Assembly: GCA_965205485.1 (NCBI GenBank)
Contig: OZ242180.1
Coordinates: 512,001-576,000, forward strand
Direction of reading: 5' to 3'
DNA length: 64,000 nt
From: Candidatus Latescibacterota bacterium
GTDB lineage: Bacteria; Latescibacterota; UBA2968; GCA-2709665
Part shown: positions 1 to 8,967 of the stretch, one piece after another
How positions within the stretch are numbered: the stretch's first letter is position 1
How the letters are laid out: every line of letters starts with the position of its first letter
Position numbers and translations under genes: made by a program
The notes under the pieces: generated by a model
Databases searched by the model: none
The model's input: only the letters and a program-made list of their open reading frames with translations
Told to the model about the DNA's origin: nothing

Positions 1-922
1 GGCGAAGACCTTGCGAAGCCGCGGCTTCGAGTCGGATGGGGACGCTCGCGGTGCCGGCGGGATAGGATGGCGATGAAACGAGCGCGACGGCCGGTAGCCG
101 TGCCGTGTCACTCTCCAGGGAGCTGTCGGTGTTGAAGTAGGGATGCACGGCCAGGAATTCCGCCGCACACGCCGACAACCGGGACCATCCCGGGGCGGAG
201 AGCTCGATGCCCGGGGTTGGGCCGTAGGACATGATGTAACTGCCGTCCCGGAAATCATGCAGCAATCCGAAGGCATGGCCCAGCTCGTGGGCTACTATTC
301 CATATCCGATTACGCCAGGGACCAACGCTCTGCTGCCGGGGAGCAACACCCAGCCATCTTTCTTCTGGCCCCTCGACCCGGTTCCGTTCGCCCGGGCGCC
401 GCCGCCCAACCCGATATGATCAAGCAGGCTGTGGTCGACGAAGACGATGTAGATGTTTTCCTGGAGATCGAATATCCGGCCGATCTCCTCAAATACAATA
501 TGGGTCAGGTCGAGGTAGTGACTGTCGGGGTGCTGGCCATCAACGCGATGAATCAGCGGCTCGCCCTGGGCATCGGATTCAAAGCGGAAAGTCTTTTCGC
601 CGTAGCCGCGCGCCTGCATTTGCTCGGCATAGAAGCTCTGAACCTCGCGAATCCTGACTTTCATCGAATCGACCACGTCCTGCCGAAAAGGGCGGTCATT
701 GGGCAGGAAGTAGATCATCCGCACCGTGCGCGGCATTCCCGCGTTCAGATTTGCCTGCCGCTTGGCCGCAGGTCGGGTGTACTCCCGCTGCAACTGCTCG
801 TGGTCGTGGAACGCGCAGAAGTGCACGTTGTCCGACGGCGGGGATGATGCGAGGGCGGGCGAAACAGGCAAAAGTCGGATTGTGAGCGACAACAGAAAAG
901 TAACGCAGAGAGTCAGCTTCAT
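1..922 (-). CDS. Secreted metzincin-type zinc metallopeptidase, 5' part only (runs off window start); absent from the ORF track
   Basis: Manual translation from ATG at 922 (GAGG RBS): MKLTLCVTFLLSLTIRLLPVSPALA signal, CAFHDH..RPAAKR pro-region, VRMIYFLPNDR, AHELGHAFGLLH and Met-turn YIMSYG, LSACAAEFLAVHPYFN. Paralogue of 6429-8687. Confidence 0.88.
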   Translation of the reverse strand, partial: MKLTLCVTFLLSLTIRLLPVSPALASSPPSDNVHFCAFHDHEQLQREYTRPAAKRQANLNAGMPRTVRMIYFLPNDRPFRQDVVDSMKVRIREVQSFYAEQMQARGYGEKTFRFESDAQGEPLIHRVDGQHPDSHYLDLTHIVFEEIGRIFDLQENIYIVFVDHSLLDHIGLGGGARANGTGSRGQKKDGWVLLPGSRALVPGVIGYGIVAHELGHAFGLLHDFRDGSYIMSYGPTPGIELSAPGWSRLSACAAEFLAVHPYFNTDSSLESDTARLPAVALVSSPSYPAGTASVPIRLEAAASQGLR

Positions 923-1149
923 GGGTACCTCTAAATGTGAGTTAACGAGAATGCGACGAATACGCCCGAAAGCTCGGCACTTCTACTCCGAGACTTCCTG
1001 TTCACCGACGACGTCGACGACGCGTCCGTTCTCATCAACCACGTAGACCGGCGCCTCCGCGGTGCAATCCCTCCAGTTGCCGGCATTGGCGATCGGCCAC
1101 TGCACGCCGGACGACCCAAACCTCGATATACATGGATCGGAATTGCTGC

Positions 1150-2328
1150 CTACGAGCCGAATGCATCGATGAATTTGAAAAAGTCCGCGAAATCCACCGT
1201 ACCGCTTCCATCCAGGTCGAATTTCGCGTCCGTCCCTCCGTACGCATCGGCAAACAGGAAGAAGTCGGCGAAATCGGTCTTCCCGTCGCCGTTGAAATCT
1301 GTTGCGGCCGTCGCGGGTCCGGTATTCGCGTTCCCCTCGGTGTCCACCGCCAGGACCGCCACGTACTGGGAGGCGGAGAGACTTGAAACGCCTTCCGATG
1401 GGATGATGCCGTCGTAGTTGAACGTGGCGACTGCCTGATTCTGGCCGGCGAAAATCTGGCACGATTTCACTTCCTGTAATCCATCGGCCGGGTGGGGCCA
1501 CTTCGTCTTCAGGAAGAATATCACCTGGTGAAGGCTCCTCGCGCCTGATGCCGCAATCCTGAACTGAACGGAGAAGCTCTTTGCGCCGGCCGGATAACTT
1601 AGCGGTGAGATCAGTTCGACTTTCGGCGAGTTGAACTCCCCCATGTCATATCCATGGTGGAATCCCTTGACCGCAATTGCAGGATTGAAATAGGGATGCA
1701 CCGACAACATGCCGGCGCTGCACACCGCCAGGCGGTTCCATCCCGGGCCATACGACATGATGTTGGCGCCGTCGTTGAAATCGTGCTGCAGGCCGAAGGC
1801 ATGGCCGATTCATGCTCCGCCGTTTCAACGCTGAAGCCGGACGGCAGTAGCGCGTAGCCCCTGTTATCCGCCCACCGGCCGCCAAACCCCGCTACGCTGC
1901 CCCAGCCCAGGTTGTTGTACGTGCCGTGGTCGACCACGATGAAGAAGATGCCCTTGCTCGTGTCGAACGTCGGTCTCATACTCGACTGTCTTGCTGCCCT
2001 TGCCGTTCGACTGCATCTGGTCGCGGAAGAAGGTCCGGATCCTTGGAATCCTTGCTTTCATCGTGTCAACCACGTCCGGGTTGAACGTCCGATCGTTCGG
2101 CAGGAAGTAGATCAGACGCAGCTTGCGCGTCTCTCCAGAGTCCGCCGCTGCGGGCCGCTTGGCCGCCGGACCGGGGGCCAGTTCGTGCCCCAACTGCTCA
2201 TGATCGGGCGCCTTGCAGGAACGGGTCCAATCGAACTCGAGGGAAGAGCCGTAGGCGACCGAGGACAACAGCAGGACAGCCGGGCAGGTGGGAAAGATGA
2301 AACTAAGGACGGAGGTTTTACGGTACAT
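1150..2328 (-). pseudogene. Frameshifted duplicate of the 6429-8687 metallopeptidase gene, without the WD40 domain but keeping the dockerin-like tag
   Basis: Near-identical to 6429-8687. Differences: 113-bp deletion at ~1969-1978, 1-bp deletion inside HExxH (~1808), 6-bp deletion, 960-bp in-frame absence of WD40. The track splits it into ORFs 1864-2646, 1611-1979 and 1150-1758. Confidence 0.88.
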
Positions 2329-2437
2329 TCGTACCTCCAGATGAGTAGATGTCAACGCACGACAGTCGCGTGCCCGTGGACGGCTGGTGGAAACCCAATG
2401 GACAATCGTCGGGTACGCCTGGCCATGACACGTGGGG

Positions 2438-2460
2438 AACTGTCGCAAAATGCGACAGTT
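2438..2460. promoter_or_regulatory. Perfect palindrome AACTGTCGCA-AAA-TGCGACAGTT, candidate operator
   Basis: 10-bp arms, 3-nt spacer, ~110 bp upstream of the start codon; identical copy at 8797-8819. Confidence 0.5.
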
Positions 2461-2709
2461 GTGACATACATAAACAGCGCTGTTTCCACTCCTCGACTCA
2501 ACGAAAGGCGACGAGGAGTCACCGAACGACAATCGGACCGCCGTTACCGTGCCAACGCCATATGGCCAGACGGCGGGCGACGGCAGTGACGGATTACTGG
2601 AGCGAGCAGAAGGCGCCGGCCTCGATACGCCCGCCGCCACATCCAAAGCAGATCCTTCGGCGGCAAATGATCGCCTTGCAAAACCGAGTAATCCAAATCC
2701 GGTGCAACG

Positions 2710-4980
2710 TCAACCAGACGAGGTACTCTTGCCAAACGCACCGGCGAAGATCACGAAATCGCTGAATCCGATCGCTCCGTTGCCGTCCAGGTCGAATCGA
2801 CCGTCAAAACCCGAGTCGCCTTGAATCAGCCCGAAATTCGCCGCGAACTGCAGAAAGTCGGAGAAACCCACTGTCCCGTCGCCGTCGAAGTCGGAAGTAC
2901 CCAACGACGTTGCGACGAATGTCTCAATCTGACCAGTACCTGGAAGTGTCGCGGTAATGGTAATCGTGCCCGGTTCACCTCCAAGCGTCAGGGTGCTGGA
3001 CGCCCGTCCAGACGAGTCGGTCATCACGGTTTCATCAGAGAGCGTTCCATTACCATCCGTGACAGAAAACGTAATGACTGCCCCGACATACGCCGATCCG
3101 CTTTGGAACGAGACCGAAACCACAAACGGCTCGTCCAGTTGTGAACCAACTGGGCCCTTTTGGTCATCGCCGGATATTTTCACAAGTTCGGGAGGGGGCA
3201 CATCTCCGATCTCTATATCCATTGCGACGTTCGGATTCTGACGCAATATTTCACCAAGCGGAGACATATCGGCTATCGGATTTCCCCCGATCCACAACAG
3301 GTTTAGGTACATCAAACCAACGAGAGGTCTTACGTCTCTAATCTGATTCCTCGCAAGATTCAAATCCCCCAACAGCGACAACTCCATGAGGGGTGAGATG
3401 TCGCTAATCTGATTGCGTTGTAGAAATAAGCCTCTTAACTTTGTCAGTTCTGCCAGTGGCGCGATGTCACGAATCTGATTGCCGCCAAGGAGCAGGTACG
3501 TTGTATTCTTCAATCTTTCAAGTGGCGTCACATCGCTTATTTTGTTGTCCGAAAGCCATAATTCACTCATTTTCGACAGTCCCGCGAGCGGCGCGATATC
3601 GCTAATCTCGTTTCTGATTATCAGGAGTGATTTCAATCTTGTTAAACCACTCAGTGGCGTTATATCACTAATCTGATTGACGCTGAGGTCAACATATTTC
3701 AGCTTCGTCGCATGTTCAAGCCCATCGAGGCTTGTTATTCCGTGATTGCGCGCAAACAATGACGTTAAGTCCAGCATGTCCGGTTTGGTGATAACATCAT
3801 GATCGGCGAGGTCGAGGTTTTTACGTATCGCCACTACCAACTCCGAATCGGGGATCGATATAGCTTCGAAGACTGGCCGCATTGCGGCAATATCGACATC
3901 GAACCTGGCCATCGCGAAGTTTCCATGCACATCGATCACATCGAGCCCGACGTATCTGCTTCTCGACGCCAATTCAGGCGTGACAAATTCAACCGCCACA
4001 TCGTTGCTTGCTCCAATCAACGATCTACAGTCAAGCACCTTGTCGCCCTCCTGTTCTTTCTTTCCATCAATCGTATTCGTAACCAATCGCGCTTGATGAA
4101 GTCCATCGGGATCAGTCACCGTGAATCGAAGACGGATGGAATCGGGAGGAGACGCGAAGGAGGCTTCAAGCATCTGAATTTTCGTGGACTGTCCGTCAGA
4201 TGTCCGGCGTGCGTTAAAAAAACGATGAACGTCCAGCCATTCGGCGGCACACCGCGACAACTGATCTTGAAGGACTTGGTCGCCGTAAGACATGATGTAA
4301 CGATCGTCGCGGTAGTCGTGTGGCAATCCGAAGGCATGTCCGAGTTCATGGGCCATCGTTGTCCACGTACGAAAATAGAGACTCGTGGGGGCCGTCTCGA
4401 AGTTACTGGCTGCAATCCGTGCCTCGCCGCCAAACGAGTTACCGAAGGCGTTACCCCCGATCTGACTGGATCCCTCAGGGTCAACCAAATCTATCCAGAT
4501 GAAATAGACCAATCCATCCGGACGGTGAAACTGTTCGTTGATCTCCAGGCTCGCTTCCGAAATCGCCTTTCCGTATGAATAGAAAGAGTTATCGTGCTTC
4601 CCGGTAACGTGATGGACTACGGTTTTTTCATTCTCATTGGTTTCAAGCCTGAATGTCTTTCTGCTGAATCCGTGCCGCTCCATCTCATCGGCAAAGAACA
4701 GCTGCACATGTTTAAGCAGCACGTCCAACTTCGCGTCTATGTCTCTCGAGGGCGTTCGATCCCTTGGATAAAAATAAAAAACGCGCACGACATACTCGGA
4801 CAGCGCCCGAGAGGTGATCTTGACGGCAGGGCGATTCTCGCCAGACTTCGTCTCACCGAAACGACCGGATGGGTGGAAGTGTCCGTGTTTGGCGGGCGGA
4901 GGCGACGCATGGCCGGTTGACAGCGGGGCGAATACGACAGCGAGAAACACCAGAAAGACGCCACGCGAAGCCAGATTCAT
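2710..4980 (-). CDS. Secreted metzincin metallopeptidase + internalin-type LRR + Ig-like (Big_1-type) domain + C-terminal dockerin-like tag
   Basis: GGGAGGA RBS; signal peptide; HELGHAFGLPH..IMSYG; 22-aa LRRs (NQISDITPLSGLTRLKSL); ELVKISGDDQKG Ig start; DFDGDGTVGFSDF...DLDGNGAIGFSDF. Confidence 0.9.
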   Translation of the reverse strand: MNLASRGVFLVFLAVVFAPLSTGHASPPPAKHGHFHPSGRFGETKSGENRPAVKITSRALSEYVVRVFYFYPRDRTPSRDIDAKLDVLLKHVQLFFADEMERHGFSRKTFRLETNENEKTVVHHVTGKHDNSFYSYGKAISEASLEINEQFHRPDGLVYFIWIDLVDPEGSSQIGGNAFGNSFGGEARIAASNFETAPTSLYFRTWTTMAHELGHAFGLPHDYRDDRYIMSYGDQVLQDQLSRCAAEWLDVHRFFNARRTSDGQSTKIQMLEASFASPPDSIRLRFTVTDPDGLHQARLVTNTIDGKKEQEGDKVLDCRSLIGASNDVAVEFVTPELASRSRYVGLDVIDVHGNFAMARFDVDIAAMRPVFEAISIPDSELVVAIRKNLDLADHDVITKPDMLDLTSLFARNHGITSLDGLEHATKLKYVDLSVNQISDITPLSGLTRLKSLLIIRNEISDIAPLAGLSKMSELWLSDNKISDVTPLERLKNTTYLLLGGNQIRDIAPLAELTKLRGLFLQRNQISDISPLMELSLLGDLNLARNQIRDVRPLVGLMYLNLLWIGGNPIADMSPLGEILRQNPNVAMDIEIGDVPPPELVKISGDDQKGPVGSQLDEPFVVSVSFQSGSAYVGAVITFSVTDGNGTLSDETVMTDSSGRASSTLTLGGEPGTITITATLPGTGQIETFVATSLGTSDFDGDGTVGFSDFLQFAANFGLIQGDSGFDGRFDLDGNGAIGFSDFVIFAGAFGKSTSSG

Positions 4981-5124
4981 AGTATAATCCTCCCGTCAGA
5001 CAGCTATGCGGTCGACGAGACCGTACGTAGGCATGGAACTGCGGAAAGTCAGCCAGATTCCTGTTGCGCGGGTGTAATCAATGCGTCTTGAATGACACCT
5101 TCAGATTGCAAATCCCACATATGG

Positions 5125-5237
5125 TCAGTTGGATGTAGTTTTTTCCGATCGCGCCCGCAAAGATCGGAAAGTCGCTGAACCCGATCGCGCCGTTTCCATC
5201 CAGATCGAATCGGGCGTCAGATTCCGAGTCGCTTTGG
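5125..5237 (-). pseudogene. Orphan remnant: second half of a dockerin-like tag
   Basis: Reads SDSESDARFDLDGNGAIGFSDFPIFAGAIGK, closely matching the end of 2710-4980; no upstream coding body. Confidence 0.75.
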
Positions 5238-5331
5238 CTACGCTCAGATACAGCACACCGTTGGCTATTTGAGGGATCACGCGGCAAGCCTGTCAGGCAC
5301 CTTGCCAACTGTCTTTCTGCCTGGCCAGGCG

Positions 5332-6378
5332 CTACGAGCCGAACGCATCGATGAATTTGAAAAAGTCCGCGAAATCCACGACGCCGTTGCCATCGAGGTC
5401 GAAGCGTGGGTTCGTGCCGCCGTACGCGTCTGCAAAGAGGAAGAAGTCGATAAAGTCCGTTTTCCCGTCGCCATTGAAATCGGTCACGGCCGAGGTCGTT
5501 TCGCCACCGGACGGCATATTGTAGGCATATATCTTATCGTCAAGGGCGTCCGCGACCCACATGGTCCTGCCATCCGACCAGATACCCGTCGGGTTGTCGT
5601 TTCCCGCGGCCTCCAGCGCATCGAAGTCTTTGCCAGGGTCGCGGGCTTTGGTGGTCATGCTATAGGCATAAATCTTGTTTCTCCAGACGTCCGCCACCCA
5701 CATCGTCGTTCCGTCCGACCAGATACCCGTCGGCTCGTCGTTTCCGGCCGCCTCCAGCGTATTGAAGTCCCGGGTCCGGACACGATTCCCGGTCGTCACG
5801 TCATAGGCATATAACTTTTCGTCAGATTGGTCCGCCACCCACATCGTCGTTCCGTCTGACCAGATGCCCTCCGGATCGTCGTTTCCCGTGGCGTTCAATG
5901 AGTTGAAGTCTTTGCTCGGGTCCCGGGCCCTCGTGGCCAGGACGTACGCATATATCTTATCGTTGTCTTCCTCAAACCACAGCCCCTGCGCGTCGTCTGC
6001 CACCCACATCGTCGTTCCGTCCGACCAGATGCCCGTTGGCTTGTCGTTTCCGGCGGCGTCCAACGTACTGAAGTCGTTCGCCGAATCGCGAACGCTGGTG
6101 GCCACGTCGTAGGCGTAAATCTTGTCGTTCCGGAAGTCCGCCACCCACATCGTTTTCCCGTCCGACCAGATCCCCTCCGGCGCGTTGTTTGCCGCGCCGT
6201 CCAAAGTATCGAAGTCTTTGAGCGAGTTTCGGTCGCAGCAATCGGATAAGGCCGGTTTCCGTGAGGCGCGTACACTTCCGTCCTCGCCGCCGCTGCCCGC
6301 AGCCGAATGGGCAAATATTCCCAACGCTACTGCGATTGCCCAAATCGCAGACCGTCGTTGGCAAAAGACGTACTTCAT
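5332..6378 (-). CDS. Secreted beta-propeller protein (five ~47-aa GIWSDGxTMWVAD repeats) + C-terminal dockerin-like tag
   Basis: Signal peptide; five DFxTLxAAGNxxPxGIWSDGTTMWVAD..KIYAY repeats (141-bp period, one with an insert); DFNGDGKTDFIDF...DLDGNGVVDFADF. Confidence 0.88.
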   Translation of the reverse strand: MKYVFCQRRSAIWAIAVALGIFAHSAAGSGGEDGSVRASRKPALSDCCDRNSLKDFDTLDGAANNAPEGIWSDGKTMWVADFRNDKIYAYDVATSVRDSANDFSTLDAAGNDKPTGIWSDGTTMWVADDAQGLWFEEDNDKIYAYVLATRARDPSKDFNSLNATGNDDPEGIWSDGTTMWVADQSDEKLYAYDVTTGNRVRTRDFNTLEAAGNDEPTGIWSDGTTMWVADVWRNKIYAYSMTTKARDPGKDFDALEAAGNDNPTGIWSDGRTMWVADALDDKIYAYNMPSGGETTSAVTDFNGDGKTDFIDFFLFADAYGGTNPRFDLDGNGVVDFADFFKFIDAFGS

Positions 6379-6428
6379 TGGTGATCACCATTGGGTACGG
6401 TCCGTTCCCAAGCTACTTGCACTATTGC

Positions 6429-8687
6429 TCAGGACCCGAACGCGTCCACAAACCTGAAAAAGTCCGCGAAATCCACCGTGCCGCTTCCATCCAGGTCGAA
6501 TTTCGCATCCGTCCCGCCGTACGCGTCGGCAAAGAGGAAGAAGTCGGCAAAATCGGTCTTTCCGTCGCCGTTGAAATCGGTTACGGCCGTCGCGGGGGCG
6601 GGCGGAGCGGTCCCCGTCCACTGAGACGCGTCCCAGAGCTCGATGCCGTTCATCCCGACCGAGGCGAGCAGAGACCCATCCGGAGAGAATACGCCGTTGA
6701 TCCGGAAGCCCCATCTGTCCTGCAGGTGGTCCGGATGCCCGAGACTGGCGATATTCTCCTTTTTCGCCACATTCCACAAAAAGACCTTTCCCTTTCCGGC
6801 GCCGGCGGCGAGGACCGATCCGTCGGGGGAGAACGACGGCTGCCCGTAACCCGGAAGGGTTGCAATCGTATCCCGCGCTGCAACGTCCCACAGCACCATG
6901 GAAACGTCGGTACTCGAAGCGAGTATGGTGCCGTCCGGAGAAAACGCCACGCCCAGGACCCGGCCGGTGTTGCTCTGCAGAGTGGCAGTATTGGTACGTG
7001 TCGCCGTGTTCCAGAGTTTGACCGTGCCGTCGCGGGAACCGGATGCGAGCGTCCCATCGGTTGAAAATGCGACAGACCAGACGTGACTCGTATGCCCCGT
7101 TAGGGTGGAGATCAGGGTCTGATTCGCCACGTCCCACAACTTGATCGTCTTGTCTCCCGATCCTGAAGCGAGGGTGTCTCCGCTGGGCGAGAATGCCAGG
7201 GAATGGACGCCTGTGGGGCCTCCCGGATGCCCCGGCAGCGTGGCGATCAGCGTCCGGCTCGCCGCGTTCCACAGCGAAACATTGGACGGTGCGGATGTGG
7301 TGGACCCGGATGCGAGCATGGTCCCATCGGGCGAAAACGCCACGGAATTGCTGCCCACCCTGATTGTACCGGCGTGGGATCGCGTGGTCGTGTTCCATAG
7401 TTGCATCCCTGCGGACGAACCCGCGGCGAGAATCGCCCCATCCGGCGAAAACCGGGCGTCATAGACCTCCGGCGACGTATCCCGCGTGTATCTGAAAAGC
7501 GTCGCGAGATGGTGTTCCGACGCTTCCGCAAATATGAAGTGAGTATCCCGAAGCGGTCCGGTATTCGCGTTCCCCTCCGTATCCACAGCGAGGACCGCCA
7601 CGTACTGGGAGGTGGAGGCGGAGAGACTCGAAACACCTTCCGATGGGATGATGCCGTCGTAATTGAACGTGGCGACAGCCTGGTTCTGACCGCTAAACAT
7701 CTGGCACGATTTCACTTCCTGTGATCCATCGGCGGGATGGGGCCATTTCGTCTTCAGGAAGAATATCACCTGGTGAAGGCCCCTGCTGCCTGAAGCAGTT
7801 ACCCTGAACTGAACGGAGAAGCTCGTTGCGTCGGCCGGATATCTCAGCGGTGAGATCAGCTCGACGCTCGGCGAGTTGAATTCCCCCATGTCGTATCCAT
7901 GCTGAAATCCCTTGATCGCAATTGCAGGATTGAAATAGGGATGCACCGAAAGCATGCCGGCGCTGCACGGCGCCAGCCGGTTCCATCCCGGGCCATAGGA
8001 CATGATGTTGGCGCCGTCGTTGAAATCGTGCTGCAGGCCGAAGGCATGGCCCAGTTCATGCGCCGCCGTTTCAACGCTGAAGCCGGCGGGCAGCAGCGCG
8101 TAGCCCCTGTTATCCGCCCACCGGCCTCCAAGACCCGCCACGCCGCCCCAGCCCAGGTTGTTGTACGTGCCGTGGTCGACCACGATGAGGAAGATGCCCT
8201 TGCTCGTGTCAATTGTCGGTCTCAGGTCCCTGAACACGTTTCCAACGCCTACCATCCGGTAGGCACGGAGATAGCTGTCATCGGCGTTCGGCGCGTTCAC
8301 GCGGTGCACCACCGGATCGCCCTGGTCGTCGGTCTCATACTCGAATGTCTTGCTGCCTTTGCCGTTCGACTGCATCTGGTCGCGGAAGAAGGCTTGGATC
8401 CTGGGAATCCTTGCTTTCATCGTGTCAACCACGTCCGGGTTGAACGTCCGATCGTTCGGCAGGAAGTAGATCAGACGCAGCGTGCGCGTCTCTCCGGAGT
8501 CCGCCGCCGCGGACCGCTTGGCCGCCGGACCGGAGGCCAGTTCGTGCACCAACTGCTCATGATCGGGCGCCTTGCAGGAATGGGTCCAATCGAACTCGAG
8601 GGAAGAGCCGTAGGCGACCGAGGACAACAACAGGACAGCCGGGCAGGTGGGAAAGATGAAACTAAGGACGGAGGTTCTTCGGGACAT
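6429..8687 (-). CDS. Secreted metzincin metallopeptidase + WD40 propeller + C-terminal dockerin-like tag
   Basis: Start MSRRTSVLSF at 8687 (GAGG RBS); HELGHAFGLQH..IMSYG; ~7 WD40 repeats (LAFSPSGDTLASGSGDKTIKLWD); DFNGDGKTDFADF...DLDGSGTVDFADF. Confidence 0.92.
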   Translation of the reverse strand: MSRRTSVLSFIFPTCPAVLLLSSVAYGSSLEFDWTHSCKAPDHEQLVHELASGPAAKRSAAADSGETRTLRLIYFLPNDRTFNPDVVDTMKARIPRIQAFFRDQMQSNGKGSKTFEYETDDQGDPVVHRVNAPNADDSYLRAYRMVGVGNVFRDLRPTIDTSKGIFLIVVDHGTYNNLGWGGVAGLGGRWADNRGYALLPAGFSVETAAHELGHAFGLQHDFNDGANIMSYGPGWNRLAPCSAGMLSVHPYFNPAIAIKGFQHGYDMGEFNSPSVELISPLRYPADATSFSVQFRVTASGSRGLHQVIFFLKTKWPHPADGSQEVKSCQMFSGQNQAVATFNYDGIIPSEGVSSLSASTSQYVAVLAVDTEGNANTGPLRDTHFIFAEASEHHLATLFRYTRDTSPEVYDARFSPDGAILAAGSSAGMQLWNTTTRSHAGTIRVGSNSVAFSPDGTMLASGSTTSAPSNVSLWNAASRTLIATLPGHPGGPTGVHSLAFSPSGDTLASGSGDKTIKLWDVANQTLISTLTGHTSHVWSVAFSTDGTLASGSRDGTVKLWNTATRTNTATLQSNTGRVLGVAFSPDGTILASSTDVSMVLWDVAARDTIATLPGYGQPSFSPDGSVLAAGAGKGKVFLWNVAKKENIASLGHPDHLQDRWGFRINGVFSPDGSLLASVGMNGIELWDASQWTGTAPPAPATAVTDFNGDGKTDFADFFLFADAYGGTDAKFDLDGSGTVDFADFFRFVDAFGS

Positions 8688-8796
8688 TCGTACCTCAAGG
8701 TGAGTAGATGTCAACGTGCGATAGTCGCGTACTCGTGGACGGCTGGTAGAAACCCAATGGACAATCGTCGGGTCCGCCTGGCCTCGACAAGTGGGA

Positions 8797-8819
8797 AACT
8801 GTCGCAAAATGCGACAGTT
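8797..8819. promoter_or_regulatory. Second copy of the AACTGTCGCA-AAA-TGCGACAGTT palindrome
   Basis: Identical to 2438-2460, upstream of 6429-8687. Confidence 0.5.
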
Positions 8820-8967
8820 GTGACACAATAAACGGCGTTGTTTCCGCTACTCGACTCGACGAAAGGCGACGAGGAGTCACCGAATGACAATCGGACCGCC
8901 GTCGCGTGGCTAACGCCCGATGTCCTGCCGGCGAAGGAATCCGATCATTGTCAACTCCATCACCGCC

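Larger units (their letters stand above)
1150..2544. repeat. Direct segmental duplication, partner 6429-8902, including ~215 bp of upstream non-coding DNA
   Basis: Colinear high identity ending at gacaatcggaccgccgt (2544 and 8902). Confidence 0.9.

Noticed and set aside
1800..1980. Compensating frameshifts (113 + 1 = 114 bp) restoring a functional protein
   Set aside because: The shifted stretch contains TAA (1864-1866) and a further TGA, and the HExxH motif is destroyed.
8688..8828. Upstream ORF-track starts (also 15193, 22365, 33350, 37902, 51997, 54429, 58996, 62367)
   Set aside because: Downstream starts fit better with RBS, signal peptides or family N-termini.
1150..8902. Duplicate pair as template/variable repeats of a diversity-generating retroelement
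   Set aside because: No reverse transcriptase in the window; differences are deletions and mixed substitutions, not visibly adenine-specific.
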